Shown: in pieces, positions 12,435 through 36,300 of the stretch
Numbering within the stretch: the stretch's first letter is position 1
How the letters are laid out: every line of letters starts with the position of its first letter
Origin: Perna viridis
Taxonomy: Eukaryota
Assembly: GCA_037379345.1 (NCBI GenBank)
Contig: CM074518.1
Coordinates: 29,202,001 to 29,266,000 of the forward strand
Direction: 5' to 3'
DNA: 64,000 nucleotides
Notes under the pieces: model-generated
Databases searched by the model: none
What the model saw: only the letters and a program-made list of their open reading frames with translations
What the model was told of the DNA's origin: nothing
Made by a program: the position numbers and the translations under genes

Positions 12435-15400
12435 TTAATCTGATGAGACAGTTTGACTTTTCCTCTGTCGAACCCCTGATTCTTCCTCTTCTTTATCTTC
12501 TATAATTTCCTCAGTATCTTTTAATTCTTCATTATCTTCTTTATCATCATTTTCAACCTTTTCTGTCTGTGAGTCCTCTTCAGTTCCAGAGGCCTTTACA
12601 GTCTCCACTTCTGAAGAGTTCTTTCCCTCTTTCTTTTTATCCACAACTTCATAACTGCTGATATCTGGGCTAGAATCACTTGAGCGATTGACTTCATCTT
12701 TCCCCTGTAAGTATTATCCATTTTAACAATTTACATGTATAAAAAATTTATTTCAATGCTGAATACTTTTACACACATGAAATACAATAAACAGTAAAAT
12801 CTGACTTGGGATTTTTAAAGTCATCCTACTAAATACGGTTGTTCTATAGAGATGATTTTATGAGGTCAAGAAACTGGATATTGGCTAAATCTGAAGAAAA
12901 TATACAGTAAAAAAAGAATCGTAACGGTAAAATCTGGACTTGAAATAGCGGAAATATGCTAAAAAACAGAACAAAATCATGTCTGATTCTAATTCGTCAT
13001 TTTCTATGTAGAAACGTGAACATGTACATTGGAAACAAACAAATCTTCTTATTAGGTCTGCCAGTTACTTCGTGAAGCACAAAACCAGATTCTTTCTGGC
13101 AAAGCTCACCCTGAAGCATAGTAAATATTTGACACAAAGTATTTGATGCAGAAATTCATATTCTGTCAGTTTTACAATTGTGATGGACCAAATCTTCAGT
13201 TAAAATAGGAACAATAATCTAGGCTTTTGAATCAATTGGTATTTGATTCATGATAATTAATATTGTATTTCATTATTACCTGTTGTTCAGATTTTTTAAT
13301 GGCTTCAGAAGCCACAGTATTAACCTTGGAAGATACATGCTGCATAGCATTTAGTATCTGGGACATTTGTCTTTCTGTTTCTTCCAATCTTTTCTGTAAT
13401 TCCCTCATTTCATCAGCAGCTAATATCAAATGGACAAAAATTAATATATTGTATGAGATAAAGAAAAAGAAATACCACTACTGTACATTTGCTCTCATTT
13501 TAAAAGCAGTAGATTGATTATCTCCCTTTAAAATCAAACAGAATTACCATGTTCCATGTTCAAAATAGAATTAATAGGGGGAAACCTTTACTAATGATAC
13601 TTCACTGAAATATAAGAACATATAAAAGAAGTCAATAAAGCACTTAAAATATCTTCCAATAAGGAATTACTTCGTAGGGGCCATAGAAACTAAATATTTG
13701 TTTTACAAATGTGGTTAATACAAACCAAGTTTTGACTCCCTAGACTTAAAATGTAAAGGTTATTCACTGTTAAATGCAGAAATCTTTCATTAACATCAGA
13801 TTGGATTTGTAAATCATTATATCATTTTTTGCTTACAAATATTAGGATCTACATTAGATGCTCTGTCCAGCAAATCCTCCAGTCCTTGTAATTTGTTGGC
13901 TGTGTCATCTGTACTGGTTGGTTCTGCCTGCCTATCTATGCTTTCTGTGCTTCTCTGTGAAGGTGGTGAGTAACCTCTTCTCTTGAAAGGTGAATCTTGA
14001 TCTTTACCTTTCTTGCCAAACACCTGAAAATCATCATATTGGTAATGTTGAGCAAGATTATTAGTGCTTTGTCAAAATTTACAACATCAAGAGAATATTT
14101 CATTTCAAAATAAATGTTTTGATAGAATAAAACAACAGTTCAAATAATATTAAAATTACAAGAAAGGATGTTAAACAAAAATTTTAGAATTAGTAATCAC
14201 TCAGTCAAAATCCTTATTTTATTCCAAATAAACTACCTTGATAAGGGTGTAGACAAGATATCCAATTATTCCGAAGGCGTAAACAGGAAGTATCATTCCC
14301 ATCATGCCACCCCTACCAGAGGTTGATCCTTGTTTCTGTTTGTTCATCTCAGCAGCTGCTCTCATTCCTGGATGAGGACCTGGCTATAAAAAGAAAGAAT
14401 CATTAGCACAAGTTCAATCTTGTCTTAGATTTAGGGCTGCTACATGTACATCATTATGTATTCATGAAACTTGAAACTTAATAATGGGATTTAAGAGCCT
14501 ATATTCAATGGTGTTTCACATTTAAAAAAAAAATAACAAAATAACCTACAACATAATCACACAAAATATATACATAGTAACTCTAAACAATCATGGCAAT
14601 TCAGAAAAAAAAAAAAAAATAGTCTTGGAAATACAATGTTTTCAACTGATGTTTGGAAGTACATTTGTATTGCCAGTTATACAATTTCTAGGATTGACAG
14701 GTAAATTATTCCATCATTTTGGACCTATTGTACCAAAATTTGTGTCAGAAAAAGTTTTTCTTATTAAATGGAACTACATATCATTCTACAGATGCTTCAG
14801 ATGAACGCATAAAGTACTTTTCACTACTTACACGCATGTGCCTACGAATGTCATCTTCCATGGGATCACCACGGGGACGACCCTCTGGCATCCTTCTGTT
14901 TGGAGGATGACCTACAAAATTCAAAGAATAATAAATTTAACTTGAGCTATATTTTTTATAATCTATGACCTTGCACAACAACATTATTCACCATGATCAC
15001 GGTCATAGAAAAGTGTACAGAATGAACTTCAAGAACTTTTAGATTTTTTTAATATAATCTGCAAATGAGGTTTTTCTGTGTATGCATATTAAAGTTTTAT
15101 AAGATATTTAATGAAACTGAAAGAAAATATTGGTCTTAAAAGATGAAATATATGTTTTTCAACCATCTGTCTTGTAGGACCATCAAGTAGCCTAAGCCAT
15201 AGTATAGAGCACACTGGCCTTTGTATTCAGAGATAATTGTAAGATTGACAGGCATTAGCAATCCCACTAGAAAAATCACAAAGCCGGACAAACTGTCAAT
15301 ATCCCTCCAGCTTCATGGGCCAACTTCCTAAATACATGTAAAGTATGAAGTAAGGCAATTGCTGCATTAAGTCTAAAGATTACTTTATATACAAGAAAAC

Positions 15401-16918
15401 TTACATGAAAGCTGAATATCCATTTACATCCCAAAATTAGAACAAATACCCCACCTTGACTTCTTTAAAATGAACATCTCCAATTATGTGACAAGAGATT
15501 TTGTACAATGTATCTCTCTACATAAGTGCCTGTGGTATGGAATGGTTGTAAACAGACTTTATGTGATATTTTTCACAGACCTTTTAAAGTATAAATGACT
15601 TACACAAGTCACACTACACTCAGAGTAGTGGTTCTCTAACACTTAAGACCGACCTGAGTGAAACTCAGTGTTACACCGACATACTGAGTGTTGAACAACC
15701 ATATTCCACCTAGCCAACACTGACCGTTTGTATATTGTAATAGTTGTAAAATTCAATGAGGCATAACGGGGAATTCATTGTAAGATAAAAATGTTTTTCT
15801 CAGGTAATTCGGAGCACTCAACTTTTTTGTACATGTTTATCATTCATTAATGTGCTATATTTTATTTACAGCTACAATGTATGTCCAATGAGTGGGAGAT
15901 ATCATGCAGATATATAACTTTGTATTTTTATCAAGTAATAATACAATCTTTTAATGTTTTAATTTTGCATTTTTAATTTGATGGTTACTGTTAATAATTA
16001 TACATGTAAATAAAACACTTTGAACGTATTAATTGATGTAATTTGATACGGGTGAAGGACTTGGAAAAACAGTCTGGTGACGCTTTTTGTTTCTGATAGT
16101 TTTAATAATTGAACGGCTTTTCCAGAAATAAAAGAAACTAATTACAGGTCCAAAGGCATCTATTTAATGTGTACATAAGAATTGCAATGTAGGAACCCTT
16201 AATCAGGACTGTGAACATTGTCTTGTCCAAACCAGGATGAGACTGCTTGAGAATTTTCACAAGTCCCCTGGACTCCCCTGTTGTGATTTTCTGGGATCCC
16301 CGATGAATTCGGGAGGTCAGAAACCTGGAAGCTTGGGTACTAATGTCCATAGCGTTGGCGGAGATCAATGAGATTAAGTTCACCATGCTAGGTGAATTTT
16401 CGCACCAGGTCAGTGATTCTCCATACACAATTAACAACCGGAATATATGATGTCCCAGGTGGGTGGGTGTAATACTCACATTTCACCGTGAAAAATCTGA
16501 CCAACACAGTGTTTCAGTGATTAACATGGATTTGAAACTCTGACTTGGGAGTTAAGACTAAGAGAAACAAGCGTTACTGAGTGTAGTGACTAGTGTATCA
16601 TACTGTATGGCAGTGCAATGATGATCCAGAACAGACTTTCCTAACCATTTTACTTGCACGGAAAAGACAGTAATACTGCGCTGATACAGTTTATTACATG
16701 TACAATACAGCACTTTACTTACTTGGTGGCAATTTGTTAGCTTTCTCTTTTGGAGATGAGAGACCAAACACTCTCATCACAATTGGATGGAAAAATTTGG
16801 GGTAGAGCGTCGAAAAACACGCAATAATGATGACAACTGTAACAACAATTCTGATGGAAGATAAACCACTCCCAGAATTGTGAGGATTTCTCTGTTTTAC
16901 GCTTGTTTCTTGCTCCAT
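12435..16918 (-). CDS. RIC3: RIC-3 (nicotinic acetylcholine receptor chaperone), 339 aa. Exons 16918-16723, 14911-14832, 14383-14237, 14023-13837, 13419-13280, 12704-12435
   Basis: All introns are GT-AG with consistent phases. Features: N-terminal hydrophobic segment IVVTVVIIIACFSTLYPKFFHP, Pro/Gly-rich linker (HPGMRAAAE), second TM GGMMGMILPVYAFGIIGYLVYTLIK, coiled coil EMRELQKRLEETERQMSQIL and an acidic tail. This is the canonical RIC-3 architecture. Confidence 0.93.
15607..16592. mobile_element. Degenerate TIR element in RIC-3 intron 1
   Basis: AGTCACACTACACTCAG...GGTTCTCTAAC on the left versus AGAGAAAC...CTGAGTGTAGTGACT on the right (imperfect inverted termini). Confidence 0.5.
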
Positions 16919-17152
16919 GATTATGGATTCAGGATTCAGTTGTGTCAACAATGTCAACTCTCGTCTATGAATCACGTGATCAATCAGGATATAGCTTTTT
17001 ATCAGCAGTGTCAACTGTCTATTATTATTGAAATAGACTTAAATGATTTAATCAGTACTTATATGTTTTATCGTGAAGTGTTTTAGGTTGAAACTTTTCA
17101 CATCACCGAATAAGCAATTTGCAACCTACGAGATCTCGCGACTGAATCCAAG
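16919..17152. promoter_or_regulatory. Bidirectional promoter and 5'UTR region shared by RIC-3 and CNOT11
   Basis: Divergent ATGs lie 234 bp apart. Palindromic E-box ATCACGTGAT at 16971-16980; TCTCGCGA (BANP/Kaiso-type core) at 17134-17141; YY1-type CAAGATGGCG overlapping the CNOT11 start codon. Confidence 0.75.
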
Positions 17153-28500
<11,348 letters not shown>

Positions 28501-29309
28501 TGATAAATTCCTGGAAAATGTGAATTTCATTAAGTGCATCAAGTCAAAAGTAACATCAGTGCAATTCAGTTATTTAGAGATCTGTGACTCTGTGAACAAG
28601 TCATTTTTATTGGTAGACCTTGTTCTAATAAATTATATAGAAATTTGAATTCGGAATTTATCGTAAAGTTTGATTCCTAGAGTTGAATTTTGAAAGGTAG
28701 GTTGGCTGCTTCTGTTTTCTGGCATGTTTGCTGACTGGCATTAAAGAGGTATTATATGATTTTTGGAATGTTAAGCACAGGTCCGCCTAAGAATTATGCA
28801 ATTAAAGAAAGAGGTGATAAGTTGGAAAATTTTTTGTCAACCTCAAATTTTTAAGACAGTTACATTTATGATGAAATAAACAAGAGAGGTGTATTGAAGG
28901 ATGGGAAAGTATTGTGATATGTTAAAACTGTTTCTATTAAGAAATATTTCTTGCAAGTTCATGCATTATTTATCCAGCCAGTCAATTTTTATACAACCTC
29001 ACAAAAATTGTGTATGTATAATGCTATGGTGCAGTCATTGTTGTCTTGGTGCCCTTTGTTTCCATGCAATAACTTTTAATTTTGGTTTACCAATTGTTAT
29101 GAAATTTTGATATGATTTTACTAACCACTAAAGAAATGTTCCAATTTAATTTAGAGTTTGTGGCCTGTACGGTTTTGGAATAAGGGAAAAATCTTATAAA
29201 TAGGTGTTTTAGTAGAACTCATGTAGAATGTTTGTTTTTCTTCCAATTTTAATCATTCCTTTATTATTGTGTTCTTTATTTATTTCATGTAAACAAATGT
29301 ATCACTAAA

Positions 29310-29635
29310 TTTGATGCATTTTGGGTTTTAGACTGTTTTTTTTTTAATTTCAGATACAGGTATGTATCTTTTTTGGTTTTTGAGTTATAAGTGGTTAAAG
29401 GGCCACACCCCAAAAAATTGACTTTTTTGAATTTTTGGTCTGATTTAAAAAAAATTTTTTATTAATTTTCAAATTTTGTGCTATACTGTGTCCAAACCAG
29501 TGTTTGTATCCATGATGAACTAGTAGCCCCAATGCTTAAGTGAGTCAAAAACTAATATTGTGTCCACACTTGCCCCAACTGTTTAGGGTTCGACCACTGC
29601 AGTTGTTTCAAGCTGCACTTCGCGAAGTTTTGTAT
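29310..29635 (+). mobile_element. HINE/Helitron-like element 3' fragment
   Basis: GTCCACACTTGCCCCAACTGTTTAGGGTTCGACCACTGC...AAGCTGCACTTCGCGAAG terminal segment, recalled from bivalve repeats and not verified by search. Confidence 0.4.
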
Positions 29636-30849
29636 TCTAACATTGTGCAACATCCGTTTTATTTTGCTTTGTCCACTATCGAAGAACTTTTTTTTTAATT
29701 GATTTAGAGGGCTTAGTTAAAAAGTAATTTGTAAAAGCATGTGTAAACTGAGGAATTCAATATATCTGGATTTCTCTGAGAAAAGATTAAGGTTGAAATT
29801 CCTTGGACACCAAATATGAAAATAACAAAACAGTTAACCTCAAGCATTGTTGGAGTAGAATGAAATAAAACTGGAAATAATGTCAGCAGGCTCATAAAAA
29901 TAGTACCTCCTGCTTCATTTGGACGTAATTAAAACTCTTTAGTTGAATTATCTCCCTTCATCGGTTAGCCTCCTTCGTGCTAATCAGTCCCTTTAGAAGA
30001 GTTCGATAGTTTTCATTTACAGGCATCAAACAGTTACTAAATTCATTTATGCACGTTTACATAATTATGATTGCTTACGTACGGGTTTTGCTTATGATGT
30101 TTACCATGTGAACCCTTAAATTGGATTATCTCCCTCTGAAGGTATCGAACAATAATAATACTCCTTCATGCACATCTAAATATGATGCCTATTTTATCAA
30201 TCCCTTTAGAGGTTTTGAAGTAAGATACTGACAAACGGTCAGACAGACAGAAATACAGGGTGATTCCTACTTTGTTTTTTTTTATATAAAAAAATATTCA
30301 TAAAAAGAAAAAGAAGTTCAACTTTCATTTCTTTTTCTCCAACAGATAATGAAAACTTGAACGAAAAAGTTGACGACCTTTTTCATTAATATTTGTGTGT
30401 TATGCTTAATAAAATGGTGAACATACAAACATAGATAATCTGCTTTGTTAAATCGTAGGTAATCACGCAGTCCATGTGACTCTATCAAGCTACATTGAAA
30501 AAGTGTTGCCAATTTTTAATGATGCATGTTCTATTCTAATGCCCATTTATTCTATGTAAACATGAATTTTCGTATAGTTTCAACCTACGCAACAGCTTTA
30601 TGACGAATTGAAAAATAATCCTCCTTAAGAGTCATGCAAGGTAGTAAATAATCTACGAATCCACGACAATCATGCAGTTGAAAACCAGTTTTGCACCTTT
30701 CTAGTTTCTATTATGTCGTATGCGAACGGTTTTTGTGAGATATCTCTGTTTTTATGTTCTGGAAAATGAAACTTATACCTACAATAATACATGCACTATC
30801 TGCTTTTTACTGTAACACCCTAGCTTCGAATTCTTGAACGAACTTTTTA

Positions 30850-31670
30850 AAAATTGCCACGCTAGACAAATCGTTAGATCATGCCATCAATTCTTGTAAC
30901 TCACGACTGAATCATTACACGACAGACGTCAGTTCTTGTCACGCTTACTATAGATACGACGTACGCATGAATTGCTAGATATTACATTGGCTAGCATACA
31001 TTCTTGTCAAGTCCCAACATCGACCGCTTTGTCCATCTTTGCCACACTTAAAATTTGAATCGCTTGATGTGTACCGCCCACAACATGACCTACATGACTT
31101 CGAATTGCTGTTATGCTTGACCAGTGTTCACTAAAGTGACTTTCTGCTTTGCTTTGAACCGCTGTTTACCATTATCACGTACGCTAGACTATCAATCGCA
31201 TGATGTCCGCCGTCGATCATTGTCCCGCTTGACTATGGGCCGCTGTCAATCATCACATGTTTTTCTACCAATTACTAGATGTCATCGATCTCTAGATATA
31301 CCCGCCGTCAATAGTTGTCACTTGACTTTGGACCGCGTGATGTCCGCCGCCAATTCTTATCTCATTTGATTGAGGATCACGAGATCCTTGTCCCGCTTGA
31401 CTATGGATCGCTGACACGATTATCACGTAATGCTTGACCGTCAATCTTTTTTCACGATTGACTATGGACTGATGCCAGTCACTTAACTGATAATTGACCA
31501 GCGCCAATCTTATTATGCTTAAACTTGGATGTCCACCGTCAATTCTTGTTCTGCCGAACCATGGAGCACTGTCAATCATTATCCCGTTCACTTGACTTTC
31601 GATTGCTAGATGTTAGTCGACAATCCTTGACCTGCTTGACTATTACGCAATGTACATTATCCGCTGTCAA
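30850..31670. repeat. Degenerate minisatellite (core CACGCTTGACTATGGACCGCTGTCAATC)
   Basis: Many diverged CTTGACT / TGTCCGCCGTCAAT units; the short ORFs here are artefacts of the repeat. Confidence 0.75.
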
Positions 31671-32264
31671 AGTTTTTTTTTTACCTCAAATTATTCTAGT
31701 ACAAAAAATAAGCTCGAGAGAATCCTGTAAAACTTGTTTAATCTGAACCATGAATTCCTATAAATCTAATCAAAGTTTATTTAGTCAGCTTCTAGAAACA
31801 TTTACAACTTATCAAAGTTGAACTCTGTAATATAAAGGATATGTAATATAAAGGATAACTGTCCGTGAACTATATTCATTTGCACTGCACTTTATGGATG
31901 AATTTATTACTCATTTCAGTTTAATGATACAACACATCTGGTGTTTACTCAGAACTCTTCTAGTACAGTTAGGTGGAACTGATAAGCTTTATACGAAGAT
32001 GTTTCCTCTACTGCCCGATTCTTATACGGTCTGGCTCTAAGAAATGTGTAATATTTAGACAGACAGATCTCCGATTGCATAACACCATGAAAACCCTTTT
32101 AGGGAAAGGCATAACAAGCAACATCAACATTACGATTTCAGATGCAATTTATGCAAAGTCCACATGCTGAATTAACTTTAAGCGTTCAAATATCATATTA
32201 AACCCAACTGTTACAAAACATTAATACAAATACCTTCCACAAAAGAAATTATAACACAATAATT

Positions 32265-32915
32265 ATGAATGAGCTTAGTTTAACCGCTGTGTTGTTTTGG
32301 CTAGGAAATGTGCTAAAAATAGGCTCTTCAACGCCGAAAATCGGCATCGAGTGTGAACCGCACGGAAATTCACAGACTTGGAAATGTTCATGTAACAAGA
32401 AAGGTCTCGGATTTTACGTTGATAATTTACCAGGAATGATGTTAGTTTGTAGTAGTGATCTCAACCTCGAGTTTATCAAAATCCCGTCCATTCCAGTGAT
32501 ACAGGAAACCAAGTCGGTAAGCGGCGTATCCAGAAGTGATAGCGCAGTAATCAAAAAGACAAAAAGTGGACCACCGGCTCCGAGGCCAACCTCACATTCC
32601 GCTCAATCAAAGGTCTACAATGATCACGAATCAAATGTTGAGGGTACTAATGTCAATGATGTTCGCCACATAATGGAAACAACACCAAACATTTTGTTCC
32701 CGATGCACCACAAAAAGTATGGCTATGCTAGCGAAATTGCACGGGAATCCATGCACTGTCTCGTTTTTGATAGAGACCTAAAACCGGGCGAAACGATGAG
32801 GGTTAGAGGATGCACATACATTTGTGACAAGGGTGTATTTAGAAAACGCGACTGTAATAGCAGAAAAACTGAAATACTTCTTACTGGAACGAAAGGAAAA
32901 TTTCGTGGAAAATAA
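32265..32915 (+). CDS. Uncharacterised secreted Cys-rich protein, 216 aa, single coding exon: N-terminal 4-Cys module, Ser/Pro/Lys linker, C-terminal FN1/VWC-like 4-Cys module
   Basis: ATG-initiated ORF with a hydrophobic N-terminus (LSLTAVLFWLGNVL) and 8 Cys in two clusters. Both clusters align with modules in the 43006-44829 ORF. AATAAA overlaps the stop and recurs downstream. Confidence 0.82.
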   Translation: MNELSLTAVLFWLGNVLKIGSSTPKIGIECEPHGNSQTWKCSCNKKGLGFYVDNLPGMMLVCSSDLNLEFIKIPSIPVIQETKSVSGVSRSDSAVIKKTKSGPPAPRPTSHSAQSKVYNDHESNVEGTNVNDVRHIMETTPNILFPMHHKKYGYASEIARESMHCLVFDRDLKPGETMRVRGCTYICDKGVFRKRDCNSRKTEILLTGTKGKFRGK

Positions 32916-33330
32916 AATGAAACAATCTCATGACTCACGAAAGATGAAAAATAAATGTGTCGGACTTTCAACGATTCATACCAGTTATTGTTTGTGTTGA
33001 AACAAAAAAATCCGGCTTAAAGCCGAATATACTCAGTGCCAAATATCTCTACTTGTGATTACATGTATACAGCATAAAGTGTAGTATGTGTGAAAAAAAA
33101 CCCTAAAGGAATTGTGAAATTTTATTATAAAAAGTTCAATGGAACAAAAGGAGAATAAATAGATTAATAAATAAATAATAAGAAAAAAAGATCTAAAACT
33201 GTCTAAATCCAACGTGGGGCATTACAGTCAACTAAGCATATGAGTGGCTAGTCAAATTCATCAGCAAAGGCGTTCATTTTGTGTCACGTGACAAATGGCG
33301 GGAAATTGCTTATCTGGTATGCAAAAGAGG

Positions 33331-36300
33331 TTATGAGGCAAGTGTTCCAACTCCGAAACCATGGGGACCAAAGTTCTTAGCATAGCAACCTGTAAATAAG
33401 AAATAATAGTATTTATTTTTTAGTTCTTGATTATTCAAGGAGAGAAATGTGCAACTGATAATGTGGTTTGTCTGTATGTAGACGTTTTCGTCTCTCTATT
33501 TATTAATGAATTCACATGTATTTTTTCCATTTTCACATCAGTCTTCATTCGTTTTTTTTTGCTTCAACGTTATGATTGCTTTATCTTTGTTGTTACAGTT
33601 TAATCATCAAATTATTGTACTAAATTATGCTTTCAAGTATTTTACTTGCACGATAGGTGCCTAAACAATAAAATGAATTATTTTTATTGAGCTTTTGTGA
33701 TATTATTACTTTGTCTTATTACTTACAGGAATCTGGTTGTCAGTTGGCTCTTGATGTGCGCATTCAGTTATGAGTTAACAAGTCCAGTGGCTGGCCCATT
33801 TGTGAAATTTTTGAGTTGTTTTGTTTTCATAGAATGTCACGGATGTCGATATGAGCAAAGTCTTCTTAATCTGGTATTTGAACTTGTAGAAACTTGTGAA
33901 GGTTTCAGAAGAAAAGTTCTATGACAAATTTAGAACAGTTCTCGGACATCCTAGAGTCAGCTCTTCTGACAGTTCTAGCAGAGCCGGCTCTAGTAGAAGA
34001 ACTGTTCTGGTAGATAGCCCTGCCAGAACTATCAGAAGAGCTGGCTTTAGTAGTAAAATTGTTATCGTAGAGCCTGCCCTGCCCGAACTGTCAGAAGAGA
34101 TGGCTTTAGTAGTAGAGCTGGCTCTAGAACCGTTCCCCTGAGAAGTTGGACATGATCTCATCTGTAGCATGGTGGAATCTATTGATTTTTTTCTCTGCAT
34201 ACTTGTAGAGTTGGTGCTTACTTTTTATGGCGGCATTTAAACAATGTGCATACTTGTAAGTATGAAGGTGGTGTGTTACTTTTCATGGCCAGTATACGAG
34301 TGCAGAGAAATGCTTACCTTTACAATATATTTCTATCTCGTGTCTACATAAAGTGGTGGAATCTACAGCCTTATTACACTCCTTACATTTACAGCAAGAC
34401 TTGTGCCAGGCCTATGGTAGAATACAAACATATCATAAAACAACAACTTACAACAAAAAATGAAACAATGAAAATCAATAATTGTATTTGATTACATGTT
34501 TGAATGTTGCGTTCGAATTTCAAAGAATTTGTACTTTTTAGAGTTTTTTTTTATTCTAAGATTTAAAACTTTTTACGGTGGTACTGCTTAAACTTCTCTA
34601 TTGACACCGTGTGTTACGGGAGCACATACAGGTTCAATCTTCAAAGTCAGGGTTTTGAGAACAAACGAAGCGAAAATGGATGAGAATCCCGACTTGGGAG
34701 GATGAATTAGCAAACCAATTTTCAATTTCACTCATGCTATATTCTAGCAAAATCAAGATAAAATGAAGAAAAATAAGAAAATTTAAGTAAATTTACAGTT
34801 CGACGCATCATCTTGAATTTTCAACTTATAAATTTGAATTTATAAGTTCATATGTCAAATTTTCAAGAATTGTTTTAAATGGATGATAAGGCTTTTGTAG
34901 CATATTACTGACAGGGATATTTTGGGGGGTTAACTTCTTCCATACACCAACAAGCAAAATGCCATGAGTATTTCGCACGGACTTTTCTTTACGCTGATGA
35001 CGCCTGTCGTTCCATCTAACCATTGCACCTAGTCCAAGAAAAATCAAGGGAACCAAGATTCGAGCGGTAATCAAATAATTGTATCTGATTACATGTTTGA
35101 ATGTTTGAAAAGAGTATATCCCAAGGAAAATAACTAGATAGGGAAATTAGACGCATACACACCAAAGAAATTATAATAATCAAAACAGCACGTATAAAGA
35201 AGCAACCCGGACTCCACTAACAACTGGGAGCAAGAATCAGGTTCATCGGTAATGTAAGGGTCCTCTGCTTTTCTAAGCTACAAAATCGCTTAGGGCAAGT
35301 TGCTTTTTTTATTTAAGTTTTCTTTGCACTATTTTACGATGCTATATATTTTACATACACAGTGAAATCGGTCCCATTTAATCCTTGACCACAATGTTTT
35401 CAAAAGCGATCCGCGGTCTGAATTAATTGATTGCACTTTTCATTGTGTAAACTAGTAAGACACGAGATCTCTTAATTAATGAAAACATGTGTCAAAGGTA
35501 TTCGTTGAAGATATGTGCACATGCGTTTTTCTGAAAAGTAATAAAAATTCATTAGTTTAACTTTCTATAGACCTACATCAGTAAGACCAATAGCTCTCTC
35601 TGCTTCATAAACAGTCCTACCACATCTAGGGCAATGCGGACCTGGCCCGGAACTTGATGGTCCGACATGGGTCTCTGTGGGACGGTTGCTGAAAGTAGAT
35701 TTTTAATACAATGACCGAATTCTTGGTTTATAAGATAGCGTACCGTCCTCGTATTTCCGATTTTATCAATTTGCTATTTTAGCCGGATAGAATTTCTCAT
35801 ATCGTTTTGATATGCGTTGATAACTTATATATTTCGATAAGAGCTTACATGTAGTATGGTAACTTAACTCTGCAAGGCAATGAAAAAAAAATCACGAATT
35901 ACGTCATTTTTAGAGGTAAGTAAAATGATTACATACCAAAGTCTTTCGATACCGTAACGGAAGATTGTTCACTTATCTTCCTTTACTGAAATTACCGCAT
36001 TTCATGCTTGCACGTTAATGTTGCACTATACAGATGGGATTGCGGTGCACTGTTTCATACACAAAACTGAAGATGAAACTCGTTGGAAATAATGATTGTG
36101 GGTAGTAGATCGTTCGTGCATAAATAGATGCAATACTTGTGAAGGTAAAGAAGTGTAAACTGCATGTTTAAGCTACCCGGAACGATTCAGGTCCTCCCCG
36201 GATTGGGTTCTCATCCCTGCACCAACTGGCTGTTTTTCAGAAATGCAAAATTTCGCACGAACTTTAAGATTAAAATCATGAACAAATGAGCAGAAAAAGT

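Noticed and set aside
16138-16479. 113-aa ORF in RIC-3 intron 1
   Set aside because: GTG start, inside a degenerate TIR element, no recognisable motif; RIC-3 splices in frame without it.
32265-32915. 216-aa gene nested in a CSRP intron
   Set aside because: The CSRP stop codon is at 33331-33333, so the gene is downstream and convergent, not nested.
33896-34200. Overlapping ORFs on both strands
   Set aside because: They arise from a low-complexity repeat inside a CSRP intron.
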